DNA from: Pirellulales bacterium
Lineage (GTDB): Bacteria > Planctomycetota > Planctomycetia > Pirellulales > JBFWUW01
Length of the DNA: 64,000 bases
Direction of reading: 5' to 3'
Assembly: GCA_050247075.1 (NCBI GenBank)
Contig: JBFWUW010000006.1
Coordinates: 37,492-101,491, forward strand
Position numbers and translations under genes: made by a program. Shown in pieces: positions 54,707-63,900 of the stretch. Under the pieces are notes generated by a model. That model was given only the letters and a program-made list of their open reading frames with translations. It did not search any database and had not been told where the DNA came from. Positions within the stretch are counted from its first letter, which is position 1; every line of letters begins with the position of its first letter.

Positions 54707-56943
54707 GCAAGCTCGCTACCGCCATCAAGCAAGCCTGGCCTGGCTGGGACAACCTGTTGCACCAGCACCAAGGTCCGCTGACGGCCGACCTGTTGCGCAA
54801 CCCCGGCGGCTTCGGCCTGGGGCAGCTTCCGGTGCGGCACACGCCAGACGCTACCACCGCCATGACGTGCGGGTATTGCTCGACCGGCTGCTCACTCACG
54901 GTCCATCTGAAACAAGGCGAGGCGATTGGCCTGTCTCCCACTACCGAATATCCGGTGAACCTGGGCATGGCCTGTCCCAAAGGCTGGGAGGCTCTCCGTG
55001 TCCTCTCATCCGCCGATCGGGCCGTCACGCCCCTGTTGCGGGACGACGCCGGCCGCCAGCGTCCGATTGATTGGCCAACCGCGCTGGCCACGTTTTGCCA
55101 GCGGATGAAAGGGATTCAGGAGCGGCATGGCAACGATTCCGTCGCGTTCCTCAGCACGGGCCAGATCGCCACCGAGGAAATGGCCTTCCTAGGTGCCTTG
55201 GCCAAATTTGGCATGGGGATGGTGCATGGCGATGGCAACACGCGGCAATGCATGGCAACGGCCGTGGTGGCCTACAAGCAGGCTTTCGGTTTCGATGCCC
55301 CGCCCTACACCTACGACGACTTCGAACAGAGCGACGTCATCGTGTTGGTTGGCTCGAACTTGTGTATTGCCCACCCCATCATGTGGCAACGGGTCTGCCG
55401 CAACCCGCACTCGCCCGAGATTATTGTCGTCGATCCACGTAAGACCGAGACGGCAATGGCCGCCACACGGCATGTGTCGCTGGCTCCCAAGTCCGACCTG
55501 GCGCTATTCTACGGACTTGCGCACATTCTGATTCGCGAAGGCTGGATCGACGAAGAGTTTATCGCGGCCCACACCAGCGGCTTTGACGAATTCCGCCAAC
55601 ATGTCGCCGAGTTCACTCCGCAGCGAGTAGCAACGGCCACGGGTCTGGCCGAGAGCGAACTGCTCCGCATGGCCCGCTCCATCCATCAGGGTGAGCGAGT
55701 TTCGTTCTGGTGGACGATGGGCGTGAATCAGAGTTACGAAGGAGTCCGCACCGCGCAAAGCCTGATCAACCTGGCGTTGATGACCGGCAACATTGGCCGG
55801 CCCGGAACGGGTGCTAATTCCATCACCGGCCAATGCAACGCGATGGGCTCGCGGTTGTTCAGCAATACCACCGGCTTGCTGGGGGGCCGCGACTTCCAAA
55901 ACGCGGAGCATCGCCAGCATGTGGCGGGCATTCTGAACTTCGACCCGCGCTCAATTCCCGATCGGTCGAGTTGGGCCTATGACCAGATCATCGAAGGGAT
56001 TCTTCAAGAGAAGATCAAGGGGTTGTGGGTGATTGCCACCAACCCGTCCCATTCGTGGATCAACCAGCACATGTTGCGCGATGTGCTGTCTCGGCTCGAT
56101 TTCTTGGTAGTGCAAGACATGTACCACACCACCGAGACGTCCCGCCAGGCGCATCTGGTATTGCCCGCCGCTGGATGGGGTGAAAAGGACGGCACGCTGA
56201 TCAACTCGGAACGCCGCATCGGCACGATCAAAAAAGTAGCCCGCGCGCCGGGCCAGGCGCTGGCCGATTTTTCCATCTTCCGGCTGATCGCCAATGCCTG
56301 GGGCTGTGGAAAGATGTTCCAGCGTTGGACCGACCCGGCCGCCGTGTTTCAAATTCTCAAGGAACTCTCTCGCGGTCAACCGTGCGATATCAGCGGAATT
56401 GCTGACTACGCCATGCTCGATGAGCACGGCGGTATTCAGTGGCCGCATCCCGAAAATGCCCCGCTCCCACAGTCCGAAAGGCGACTGTTCGCCGATGGCA
56501 AGTTTTACCACGCGGACGGCAAGGCCCGGTTCATCTTCGACCAGCCGGCACCATTGCCAGAACCGGTCAATGAGAGTTTTCCCTTCATGCTGCTTACGGG
56601 CCGGGGAACGGCCTCGCAGTGGCATACGCAAACCCGCACATCCAAGTCGGCCGTGCTACGGCGGCTCTATCCGGCGGAAATCTACCTGGAAATCAATCCC
56701 AACGATGCGCGGCGTTTGGGGATCAAGCCCGACCAGCGGGTGGTGGTGGAATCTCAACGAGGTTCCCTGGTGGCTAAGGCCTTTGTGACCTATACGGTGC
56801 GGCCGGGCCAAGTCTTTCTGCCAATGCATTACGAAGCGACCAACCGCCTGACCTTGGCCCATTTTGATCCTCACTCGCGCCAGCCCTCGTACAAGAATTG
56901 CGCGGTACGCGTACGCGCGGCCGCGGTAGAAGACCAACCTTAA
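54703..56943 (+). CDS. nasA: Molybdopterin oxidoreductase, assimilatory nitrate reductase (NasA/NarB)-like catalytic subunit
   Basis: 746 aa. The ATG overlaps the upstream stop (ATGA). N-terminal [4Fe-4S] motif [10 protein letters not shown], then [31 protein letters not shown]. No Tat motif. Confidence 0.82.
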   Translation: MSKLATAIKQAWPGWDNLLHQHQGPLTADLLRNPGGFGLGQLPVRHTPDATTAMTCGYCSTGCSLTVHLKQGEAIGLSPTTEYPVNLGMACPKGWEALRVLSSADRAVTPLLRDDAGRQRPIDWPTALATFCQRMKGIQERHGNDSVAFLSTGQIATEEMAFLGALAKFGMGMVHGDGNTRQCMATAVVAYKQAFGFDAPPYTYDDFEQSDVIVLVGSNLCIAHPIMWQRVCRNPHSPEIIVVDPRKTETAMAATRHVSLAPKSDLALFYGLAHILIREGWIDEEFIAAHTSGFDEFRQHVAEFTPQRVATATGLAESELLRMARSIHQGERVSFWWTMGVNQSYEGVRTAQSLINLALMTGNIGRPGTGANSITGQCNAMGSRLFSNTTGLLGGRDFQNAEHRQHVAGILNFDPRSIPDRSSWAYDQIIEGILQEKIKGLWVIATNPSHSWINQHMLRDVLSRLDFLVVQDMYHTTETSRQAHLVLPAAGWGEKDGTLINSERRIGTIKKVARAPGQALADFSIFRLIANAWGCGKMFQRWTDPAAVFQILKELSRGQPCDISGIADYAMLDEHGGIQWPHPENAPLPQSERRLFADGKFYHADGKARFIFDQPAPLPEPVNESFPFMLLTGRGTASQWHTQTRTSKSAVLRRLYPAEIYLEINPNDARRLGIKPDQRVVVESQRGSLVAKAFVTYTVRPGQVFLPMHYEATNRLTLAHFDPHSRQPSYKNCAVRVRAAAVEDQP

Positions 56944-57012
56944 GCGACGGACGAGTCGCGCAGCGCGGAGCACGCGACGTTCGCCGGCCTAACTCGAGAA
57001 CACGACAGAACC

Positions 57013-60000
57013 ATGATCGCCAGCAACCACCACAAGAAAACCATCGTCGTCATCGGCAACGGCATGGTGGGGCACCGCTTCTGCGAGAAGCTGGTCGAAT
57101 TCGATACCGCGGGCGAATACCAAATCGTCACGTTCTGCGAGGAGCCGCGGGCGGCCTACGACCGGGTTGGATTGACTTCGTTCTTTGCCCATCGCGATGC
57201 TGAAAAGCTGATGCTGGCCCGGCTCGACTGGTACCGCGAACAAGGAATTGACCTGCATATCGGCGACCGGGCCGCCAACATCGACCGCAAGAAAAAGATC
57301 GTCCATTCCGAACGTGGCGTGGTGGTCCCCTATGACCATGTGGTGTTGGCCACCGGTTCGTTCCCCTTCGTGCCGCCGGTGCCGGGCATTAAAAATCGCG
57401 GCGTCTTCGTATACCGCACGATTGAGGACTTGGAACATATCATCGCCTATTCCCGTAACGCCAGACGGGCCGCGGTCATTGGCGGCGGACTGCTGGGGCT
57501 GGAAGCGGCCAAGGCTGCCTACGACTTGGGGATGGAAACCCATGTCGTGGAGTTCGCGCCCCGGCTCATGCCGCGGCAGATCGACGACGCCGGTTCGCGA
57601 ATCCTGGTGCAGAAGATCGAAAACCTGGGGGTCAAGGTCCATCTCAACAAGGGGACCAAACAAGTTCTTGGCGATAGCGAAGTAACCGGATTGTTGTTCA
57701 ATGATGATCAACAGCTTGACGTGGAAATGGTCATCGTTTCGGCGGGCATTCGCCCCCGTGATGATTTGGCCAAACAGTGCGGTTTGACCCTGGGCGAACG
57801 TGGCGGCGTGGCGGTCAATGATCGGCTACAAACCTCCGATCCCGATATTTTCGCCATTGGCGAGGTCGCGCTGCACAGCGGCATGATCTACGGGCTGGTC
57901 GCGCCGGGCTACACCATGGCCGAAACAGTGGCCGCCAATCTGGCGGGCCAAGACTGCGCGTTTCTAGGGGCCGATATGTCCACCAAGCTCAAGTTGATGG
58001 GCATCGACGTGGCCAGCTTTGGCGACTACGAGGCCAAGCCGGAAAAAGCCCGCCCCCTCTGCTTTGAAGATCCGTTTAGCGGCGTCTACAAAAAACTGCT
58101 CTTCAGCCACGACGGCCAGCGGTTGCTGGGGGGTGTGTTGGTGGGAGATGCCTCCGAATACTCCAATCTTCTCTTGCTCTCGAAAAGTGAAGATGTCCTT
58201 CCCTGCCCGCCCGGCGAATTAATCGTGGGGTCGAAGGATGGCCCGGCGGTCGTTCCTAAGCTGTCAGCAGAGACGCAAGTCTGCTCTTGCAACAACGTCA
58301 GCCACGGCGATATCTGCCAGGCCATCGAAGAACAAGGGATGACTACGCTGGGCCAGGTCAAGCAATGCACGCGGGCCGGCACCGGCTGCGGCGGCTGTTT
58401 GCCGCTTGTCACCAGTATTCTCAACGCCCAGTTGGCGGCGGCCGGCAAGCAGGTCAACAACCACCTGTGCGAGCACTTCGCCCACTCGCGACAAGAGCTG
58501 TTTCAGATTGTGCAGGTCAAGGAGATCAAGACGTTTGAGGAACTCATCGCCGCGCACGGCACGGGGCAAGGCTGCGAGACCTGCAAGCCGGCCGTCGCCT
58601 CTATTCTGGCCAGCTTGTGGAATGAAAACATCCTCGACCGTCCGCATCAATCGCTGCAAGACACCAACGATCGCTTCTTGGCCAACATGCAGCGCGGCGG
58701 CCTCTATTCGGTCGTGCCGCGCGTACCCGGCGGAGAGATCACACCCAATCAGCTCATCGCCCTGGGGCAGATCGCCAGCAAGTACGGACTGTACACCAAA
58801 ATCACCGGTGGGCAGCGCGTCGATCTGTTCGGTGCTCAGGTGCAGCAGCTTCCCGATATTTGGGAAGAGGTCGTGGCCGCGGGTATGGAGAGCGGCCACG
58901 CCTATGGCAAGGCGCTGCGGACGGTCAAAAGCTGCGTTGGCTCCACCTGGTGCCGTTACGGAGTTCAAGACTCGGTGGGTTTTGCTATTCAGGTCGAGCG
59001 GCGTTACCGGGGCGTTCGCGCGCCTCATAAGATTAAGGGAGGCGTCAGCGGCTGCATTCGCGAGTGTGCCGAGGCTCAGTCTAAGGACTTTGGCCTGATT
59101 GCCACGGAGAAAGGCTACAACCTGTACGTCTGCGGCAATGGCGGCTCCAAGCCGCGGCACGCCGACCTGCTGGCGGCCGACCTGGACGAAGCGACCGCCA
59201 TCAAGTATCTCGACCGCTTTTTGATCTTCTACATCCAAACGGCCGACCGCCTCACCCGCACCAGCGTTTGGCTGGAAAACATGGAAGGGGGAATCGAGCA
59301 TTTGCGCGATGTGATTATCCGCGACAAATTGGGCATCGCGGACGAACTTGAACGGCGCATGCAGCACCTGGTCGATACCTACAAATGCGAATGGACGGAG
59401 GTCATCAACGATCCGGCGCGAAGGAAGCAGTTTCAACAGTTCGTCAACAGCGAGGATACCCAGGCCGGCATCGAAATCATTACCGAGCGCGGCCAGAACC
59501 GGCCCGCCGACTGGCCCAAGGATGGCACTCCCGCCGGCTTGCAGCCGGAACAGGCGTTGGTGCAGCTTGCGCCGTTGGCGGAACAGCCGCGACCGAGCGG
59601 CAAGCCCAAGCCGCGTGAAGACGCGAAACCGCAGTGGGTGCCGGTCGGCAAGGCCAAGGACTTTCCGCAAGAAGGGGGCGCGGCGGTCAAGTACGGAAAA
59701 ACGCAGATCGCCGTGTTCCATTTCACCAGCCGGGGCGAATGGTACGCCAGCCAGAATATGTGCCCGCACAAGAGGGCCTTCGTCCTGTCGAGAGGCATCA
59801 TCGGCAGCCAGGGGGAGACGCCCAAGGTCGCCTGTCCGTTGCACAAAAAAACATTCTCGCTGGAGAGCGGCGAGTGCCTGTCCGGCGACGAACTGTCCGT
59901 CAAGGTCTTTCCGGTCAAAGTCATCGACGAACAGGTCTTGGTGCAGTTGCCGCCGGTCGATCAACTCGATGCCCTGTTGGCGACGGAACTGCATTGCATA

Positions 60001-60072
60001 ACTTCGTGCCAAACGCCGGCAGCATCCGGCAAGGCCAACCAACTGGCCCTGGCCGGCGCGGCCGGTGCCTAG
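57013..60072 (+). CDS. nirB: NAD(P)H nitrite reductase, NirB large subunit fused to a NirD Rieske-like small subunit
   Basis: 1019 aa. Contains VVIGNGMVGHRF, BFD-like CSCNNVSHGDICQAI, sirohaem/FeS motifs SCVGSTWCRYG and SGCIRECAEA. The C-terminal ~110 aa (WVPVGKAKDFP...MCPHKRAFVLSRG...CPLHKKTF) form the NirD part. Confidence 0.9.
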   Translation: MIASNHHKKTIVVIGNGMVGHRFCEKLVEFDTAGEYQIVTFCEEPRAAYDRVGLTSFFAHRDAEKLMLARLDWYREQGIDLHIGDRAANIDRKKKIVHSERGVVVPYDHVVLATGSFPFVPPVPGIKNRGVFVYRTIEDLEHIIAYSRNARRAAVIGGGLLGLEAAKAAYDLGMETHVVEFAPRLMPRQIDDAGSRILVQKIENLGVKVHLNKGTKQVLGDSEVTGLLFNDDQQLDVEMVIVSAGIRPRDDLAKQCGLTLGERGGVAVNDRLQTSDPDIFAIGEVALHSGMIYGLVAPGYTMAETVAANLAGQDCAFLGADMSTKLKLMGIDVASFGDYEAKPEKARPLCFEDPFSGVYKKLLFSHDGQRLLGGVLVGDASEYSNLLLLSKSEDVLPCPPGELIVGSKDGPAVVPKLSAETQVCSCNNVSHGDICQAIEEQGMTTLGQVKQCTRAGTGCGGCLPLVTSILNAQLAAAGKQVNNHLCEHFAHSRQELFQIVQVKEIKTFEELIAAHGTGQGCETCKPAVASILASLWNENILDRPHQSLQDTNDRFLANMQRGGLYSVVPRVPGGEITPNQLIALGQIASKYGLYTKITGGQRVDLFGAQVQQLPDIWEEVVAAGMESGHAYGKALRTVKSCVGSTWCRYGVQDSVGFAIQVERRYRGVRAPHKIKGGVSGCIRECAEAQSKDFGLIATEKGYNLYVCGNGGSKPRHADLLAADLDEATAIKYLDRFLIFYIQTADRLTRTSVWLENMEGGIEHLRDVIIRDKLGIADELERRMQHLVDTYKCEWTEVINDPARRKQFQQFVNSEDTQAGIEIITERGQNRPADWPKDGTPAGLQPEQALVQLAPLAEQPRPSGKPKPREDAKPQWVPVGKAKDFPQEGGAAVKYGKTQIAVFHFTSRGEWYASQNMCPHKRAFVLSRGIIGSQGETPKVACPLHKKTFSLESGECLSGDELSVKVFPVKVIDEQVLVQLPPVDQLDALLATELHCITSCQTPAASGKANQLALAGAAGA

Positions 60073-60080
60073 CACGGAAC

Positions 60081-60118
60081 TCTCCTACCTCCTATCTCCT
60101 CCTACCTCCAACCTTCCC
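60081..60118 (+). other. 38-nt G-free pyrimidine tract with CTCCTAC-type repeats immediately upstream of the narK ATG
   Basis: The sequence is TCTCCTACCTCCTATCTCCTCCTACCTCCAACCTTCCC, read directly. No purine-rich Shine-Dalgarno is present. Confidence 0.7.
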
Positions 60119-61495
60119 ATGACCACTTCCCCCTCGCCCACTTCCACCAGCGCTCGCAACCGCGTCATGTGGTTATCGACCATCGCCTTCACCGTGCTGT
60201 TTGCCGTCTGGCTGATGCTGGGCGTGTTGGGACTGAAGATCAAGGCCGATACTTCATTGATGCTTGGCATGGCTGCAGCTTCGATGAGTGAAGCCCAGAT
60301 CAAGGCGGCGGTGGAGTCGCGTTTCGAGTGGTTGCTGGCCATCTCGATCTTGTCGGGCGCATTGCTACGGCTCAATTTTGGCATCTGGGCCGATACTTAT
60401 GGCGGTCGTAACGTCATGGTCGCCTTGCTACTATTTTGCGCCATTCCCACGGCATTGCTCAGTTACGCCACGACATTCCCGCAGTTACTGGTTTGTGCCG
60501 CGTTGTTTGGGCTGGCGGGCAATTCTTTCACCGTCGGCATCGCCTGGAACTCGGCCTGGTTTCCCCCGGAAAAAAAGGGGACGGCCCTGGGAGTCTTCGG
60601 AGCGGGCAATGTAGGGGCTGCCGGCACCAAGTTGTTGGTAGTGTTGGTCCCCGGCATTCTGACTCTCGTTCCGCTGACAGGCTACCTGGGAGGTTGGATA
60701 CCCGGCGGTTGGAGGATCGTGCCGCTGATCTACGCAGGCGTGCTCGTCGTAATGGCGGCGGCCATCATGCTGATCTGTCCCAAGAAGGATCCCAAGCCGG
60801 GCAAAGGACGCCGCTTGCGGGATATGCTGTCGGCACTCAAGCAAGTGCAAGTCTGGCGGTTCAGCCTGTATTACGTTGTGGTCTTTGGCGCGTATGTGGC
60901 ACTGTCGGCCTGGCTGCCCAACTACTACGTCAACACCTACAAGGTCAGCCTCTCCACGGCATCGCTGTTGACAGCCCTGTTCATATTTCCAGCCAGCCTG
61001 TTGCGGCCGCTAGGGGGCTGGCTTTCCGACAAGTATGGGCCCCGTGCCGTAACTACGATCGTCTTCGTCGGAATGACGTTGGCGGCCTTGCCGCTCTGCC
61101 TGCCGCGCAGCGTGTTGCCATTGAATGTTGTCGGCTTCACGGCACTCGTTGTAGCCCTGGCCGTTGGCATGGGCATTGGCAAAGCCAGCGTTTACAAGTA
61201 CATCCCCAACTACTACCCGCACGATGTCGGCGCGGTGGGGGGCCTGGTGGGAATGTTGGGCGGCCTTGGCGGCTTTTTACTGCCCAAGATTTTCGGCTGG
61301 TTGGGGCGCGAGACGGGCTTTCCCCAAGCCGCCTTTCTGGCACTACTATTCTTGACCGTCGCCAGCCTTGTCTGGTTGCAACTAGCCATCCGCTCCATCA
61401 AGGCCCGCGCGGCTAAAGCCGAGCAGGGCACCGCATCGCCCATGCCCACACCAGAGCCATTGGCGCTACCGTCGCTAAGCACTGCGGAACATTGA
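60119..61495 (+). CDS. narK: MFS nitrate/nitrite transporter (NarK/NrtP type)
   Basis: The track ORF 60065..61495 is trimmed to the ATG at 60119 (MTTSPSP...). It has 12-TM-like hydrophobicity, with GIWADTYGGR and GAGNVGAAG motifs typical of NNP-family transporters. Confidence 0.85.
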   Translation: MTTSPSPTSTSARNRVMWLSTIAFTVLFAVWLMLGVLGLKIKADTSLMLGMAAASMSEAQIKAAVESRFEWLLAISILSGALLRLNFGIWADTYGGRNVMVALLLFCAIPTALLSYATTFPQLLVCAALFGLAGNSFTVGIAWNSAWFPPEKKGTALGVFGAGNVGAAGTKLLVVLVPGILTLVPLTGYLGGWIPGGWRIVPLIYAGVLVVMAAAIMLICPKKDPKPGKGRRLRDMLSALKQVQVWRFSLYYVVVFGAYVALSAWLPNYYVNTYKVSLSTASLLTALFIFPASLLRPLGGWLSDKYGPRAVTTIVFVGMTLAALPLCLPRSVLPLNVVGFTALVVALAVGMGIGKASVYKYIPNYYPHDVGAVGGLVGMLGGLGGFLLPKIFGWLGRETGFPQAAFLALLFLTVASLVWLQLAIRSIKARAAKAEQGTASPMPTPEPLALPSLSTAEH

Positions 61496-61700
61496 ATCGC
61501 CTCGCTACCGCACATGGCTAACCGACAGTCTCTCGACGGCAAATGCGGATCCTTTTGATAGTCACCGCCAGAAACAAGCCTTTGCGTTGCGGGAATTAGA
61601 CTGCGGCGGCCTGTTGTTTGATGCCACGGGAGAGTGCTTGCTAAAGTGCCAGCCTTTCCATAAATTGCGCGGCCTCTTGATGGTCTCTGCCTAGGCCCGC

Positions 61701-62447
61701 ATGAATACGCAACACGATCCAGGGTATCGCGACGATCTGGCTTATATCCACCATGTCGGATTTACCAGCTTTGCCACGCTGGCCGCGCCGTGGATCATTG
61801 AAACATTGCGCCAACGCGGTTCGAAAAGTGGCAGGGTGATCGAGTTGGGTTGCGGCAGCGGCGTGCTGGCTGAAGGACTGGCCGCCGCCGGATTTAACGT
61901 AACGGGCTATGACTTGTCGGTCGCCATGATTGACATGGCCCGGGCGCGCGTGCCGCAAGCCTGTTTTCATGTCGGATCGTTCCTCGATGTGAAGTTGTCG
62001 CCCTGCGCGGCCGTCATTGCCCAGGGCGAAGTGCTGAACTATTTGTTCGACCGACGCAACAAAAAGTCGCCGTTGCCGCGGCTGTTTCGCCAGGTATACG
62101 CCGCCTTGCAGCCCGGCGGGTTGTTTCTGTTCGATATTGCCGAGCCGGGGCGGGCGGGCAAGTCCGGCATCTCGCGCGGATACGGCGAAGGGCCCGATTG
62201 GGCCTGCCTGTTTACCGCCGAGGAGGACCGCCAGGGACAACTGCTCACCCGCACAATTACGTCGTTCCGCCGATTGGGCGATCACTACCGCCGCGACGAA
62301 GAAATCCACCGCTTGCGATTGCTGCCACGCAGACGCGTGTTGGAACAATTGCGCGCCGCCGGCTTCACAGCCCGCGCCGTTCGACAATACGGAGCATGGC
62401 GATTTCCGAAGGGGTGGGTGGGTGTGCTGGCGCGAAAGCCCGGCTAG
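61701..62447 (+). CDS. Class I SAM-dependent methyltransferase
   Basis: 248 aa. Motif I VIELGCGSGVLA, then LQPGGLFLFD. Confidence 0.8.
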   Translation: MNTQHDPGYRDDLAYIHHVGFTSFATLAAPWIIETLRQRGSKSGRVIELGCGSGVLAEGLAAAGFNVTGYDLSVAMIDMARARVPQACFHVGSFLDVKLSPCAAVIAQGEVLNYLFDRRNKKSPLPRLFRQVYAALQPGGLFLFDIAEPGRAGKSGISRGYGEGPDWACLFTAEEDRQGQLLTRTITSFRRLGDHYRRDEEIHRLRLLPRRRVLEQLRAAGFTARAVRQYGAWRFPKGWVGVLARKPG

Positions 62448-62517
62448 TCGGAGGCGATTCTAACGCCGATGGTTGCGTATGGCACCGTGGCAAATGGCGA
62501 TGGAATCGCCTCCTACA
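62448..62517. repeat. REP-like element pair, copy e (variant forward 62448..62472, inverted 62496..62517)
   Basis: GTCGGAGGCGATTCTAACGCCGATG ... GGCGATGGAATCGCCTCCTACA. Lies between convergent genes. The inverted copy supplies the TAG stop (complement of 62513..62515) of the HAD gene. Confidence 0.85.
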
Positions 62518-63214
62518 ATCCCAGGGCCTGGTACAGCCGCGGGTCGCGCAGCGTGTCGATGACCAGCGAGGCCCGCGAAAAATCGTGATGGCGGCTGGGC
62601 TCGCCGGGGACGGCCACGGTAAACATGCCGGCGGCAGCGGCGGCCGTGCAGCCGTTATGGCTGTCCTCCAGCACCAGCACATCCGCCGGATCCAACCCCA
62701 GTCGCGCGGCCGCCTTCAAATAGATCTCGGGATGCGGTTTGCCCTCGACCACATCCTCGGCGGTCAGGATAAACTGAAACCGTGGCTCCAATTGGAACCG
62801 CGACATAACATTGCGGACAAACCCTATTCCACTGCTGGTGGCAACGGCTTTGGGCAATCCGGCGGATTCCAGCGCGGCCAGCAACTCCGTCAATCCGGGC
62901 ATCATTTCCAGCCGGCTGGCCAGAATCTCCTCAAAGATCAACTCCGACTCGGCCATCAATTCCTCGGCCGTCTCTAGCAACCCGTGCCGGTCGATCATGA
63001 CCTTTAGCGCCACCCGACCCGGCCGGCCCATCATGGCGTTCTTGAGTTCGGCGTCAAAAATATATCCCCTGCGCTGGAGCAGTTCGCTTCCCACATCGGT
63101 GTGCAGCGCCTCGGTATTGAACATCAGGCCATCCATGTCAAAGACAACGGCCCGCGGCAGTCGGTGTGGCGGCATGAGGATAATCGTGTGGTGAAAGTGC
63201 GTTAGAGTTTCCAT
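62513..63214 (-). CDS. HAD-superfamily hydrolase (beta-phosphoglucomutase/phosphatase-like)
   Basis: 233 aa. Contains VVFDMDGLMFNTE (DxDG motif I), ATSS, LVLEDSHNG. An alternative start at 63175 is possible. Confidence 0.82.
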   Translation of the reverse strand: METLTHFHHTIILMPPHRLPRAVVFDMDGLMFNTEALHTDVGSELLQRRGYIFDAELKNAMMGRPGRVALKVMIDRHGLLETAEELMAESELIFEEILASRLEMMPGLTELLAALESAGLPKAVATSSGIGFVRNVMSRFQLEPRFQFILTAEDVVEGKPHPEIYLKAAARLGLDPADVLVLEDSHNGCTAAAAAGMFTVAVPGEPSRHHDFSRASLVIDTLRDPRLYQALGL

Positions 63215-63234
63215 GCCGTCCGTGAACAGCTACA

Positions 63235-63900
63235 TCACCCGCCAACGTCGCGAGCCTGGAATTCTCTCACGATCCCCACGTATTGCCGGGCCAGCGACTC
63301 GATGCGTTCAAAATCGCCCTGCTCCACGGTCTTGGCTTCTACCAGCGATCCGCCAATGCCCAATGCGCAGGCACCGGCCCGCAAAAAATCGCCGGCTGTT
63401 TGCAAGTTGACGCCGCCGGTGGGCATGAGCTTGATTTGCGGCAACGGCCCGTGCAAGGCTTTCAGGTAGCTCGGCCCGGTCAGTTCCGAGGGAAAAATCT
63501 TGACGATATCGGCCCCTGCTTCCCACGCGGTGAGCACCTCGGTGGGAGTCAGCGCGCCGGGCATGATGAGCTTGTCGTATCGCTGGGCCAGGCCAATGAC
63601 GTTCACATTGACCGTGGGCGAAACCAAGAACTGGGCACCCGACAAGAAAGCCATGCGGGCGGTTTCGGTATCGAGAACCGTGCCCGCCCCCAACAAGATT
63701 CTATCCCCCAGACGGTCGGCGACCTTCTCCAGAACCTTGTGCGCTTGCGGGACGGTGAAGGTAATCTCCATGACCTCCACGCCGCCGGCCAGCAGCGCGG
63801 CGGCCACATCAGCCAGCAATTCGCCGCTCTTGGCCCGCACGACAGCGACAATGCCTGAGTCGAGGACGCGTTTCAGGTCGGTTTCCTTGGGCATCGGCAT
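63235..63900 (-). CDS. eda: KDPG/KHG aldolase
   Basis: 221 aa. Contains GIVAVVR, GGVEVMEITF, GAGTVLD, PGALTPTEV, ADIVKIFP, LMPTGGV. Confidence 0.88.
   Translation of the reverse strand: MPMPKETDLKRVLDSGIVAVVRAKSGELLADVAAALLAGGVEVMEITFTVPQAHKVLEKVADRLGDRILLGAGTVLDTETARMAFLSGAQFLVSPTVNVNVIGLAQRYDKLIMPGALTPTEVLTAWEAGADIVKIFPSELTGPSYLKALHGPLPQIKLMPTGGVNLQTAGDFLRAGACALGIGGSLVEAKTVEQGDFERIESLARQYVGIVREFQARDVGG

Noticed and set aside
58264-60075. Very long antisense or alternative-frame ORFs. Examples are 58264..60075 (603 aa), 27730..29004 (424 aa), 23910..25130 (406 aa), 20678..21754 (358 aa), 25625..26605, 60436..61416, 10168..11082, 16939..17781 and 6818..7672.
   Set aside because: They lie opposite, or out of frame with, genes that have unmistakable family motifs (nirB, rluB, kinases, OPT, narK, hisD). 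Their translations are Arg/Gly/Pro/Ala-rich low-information sequences, typical of shadow ORFs in GC-rich DNA.
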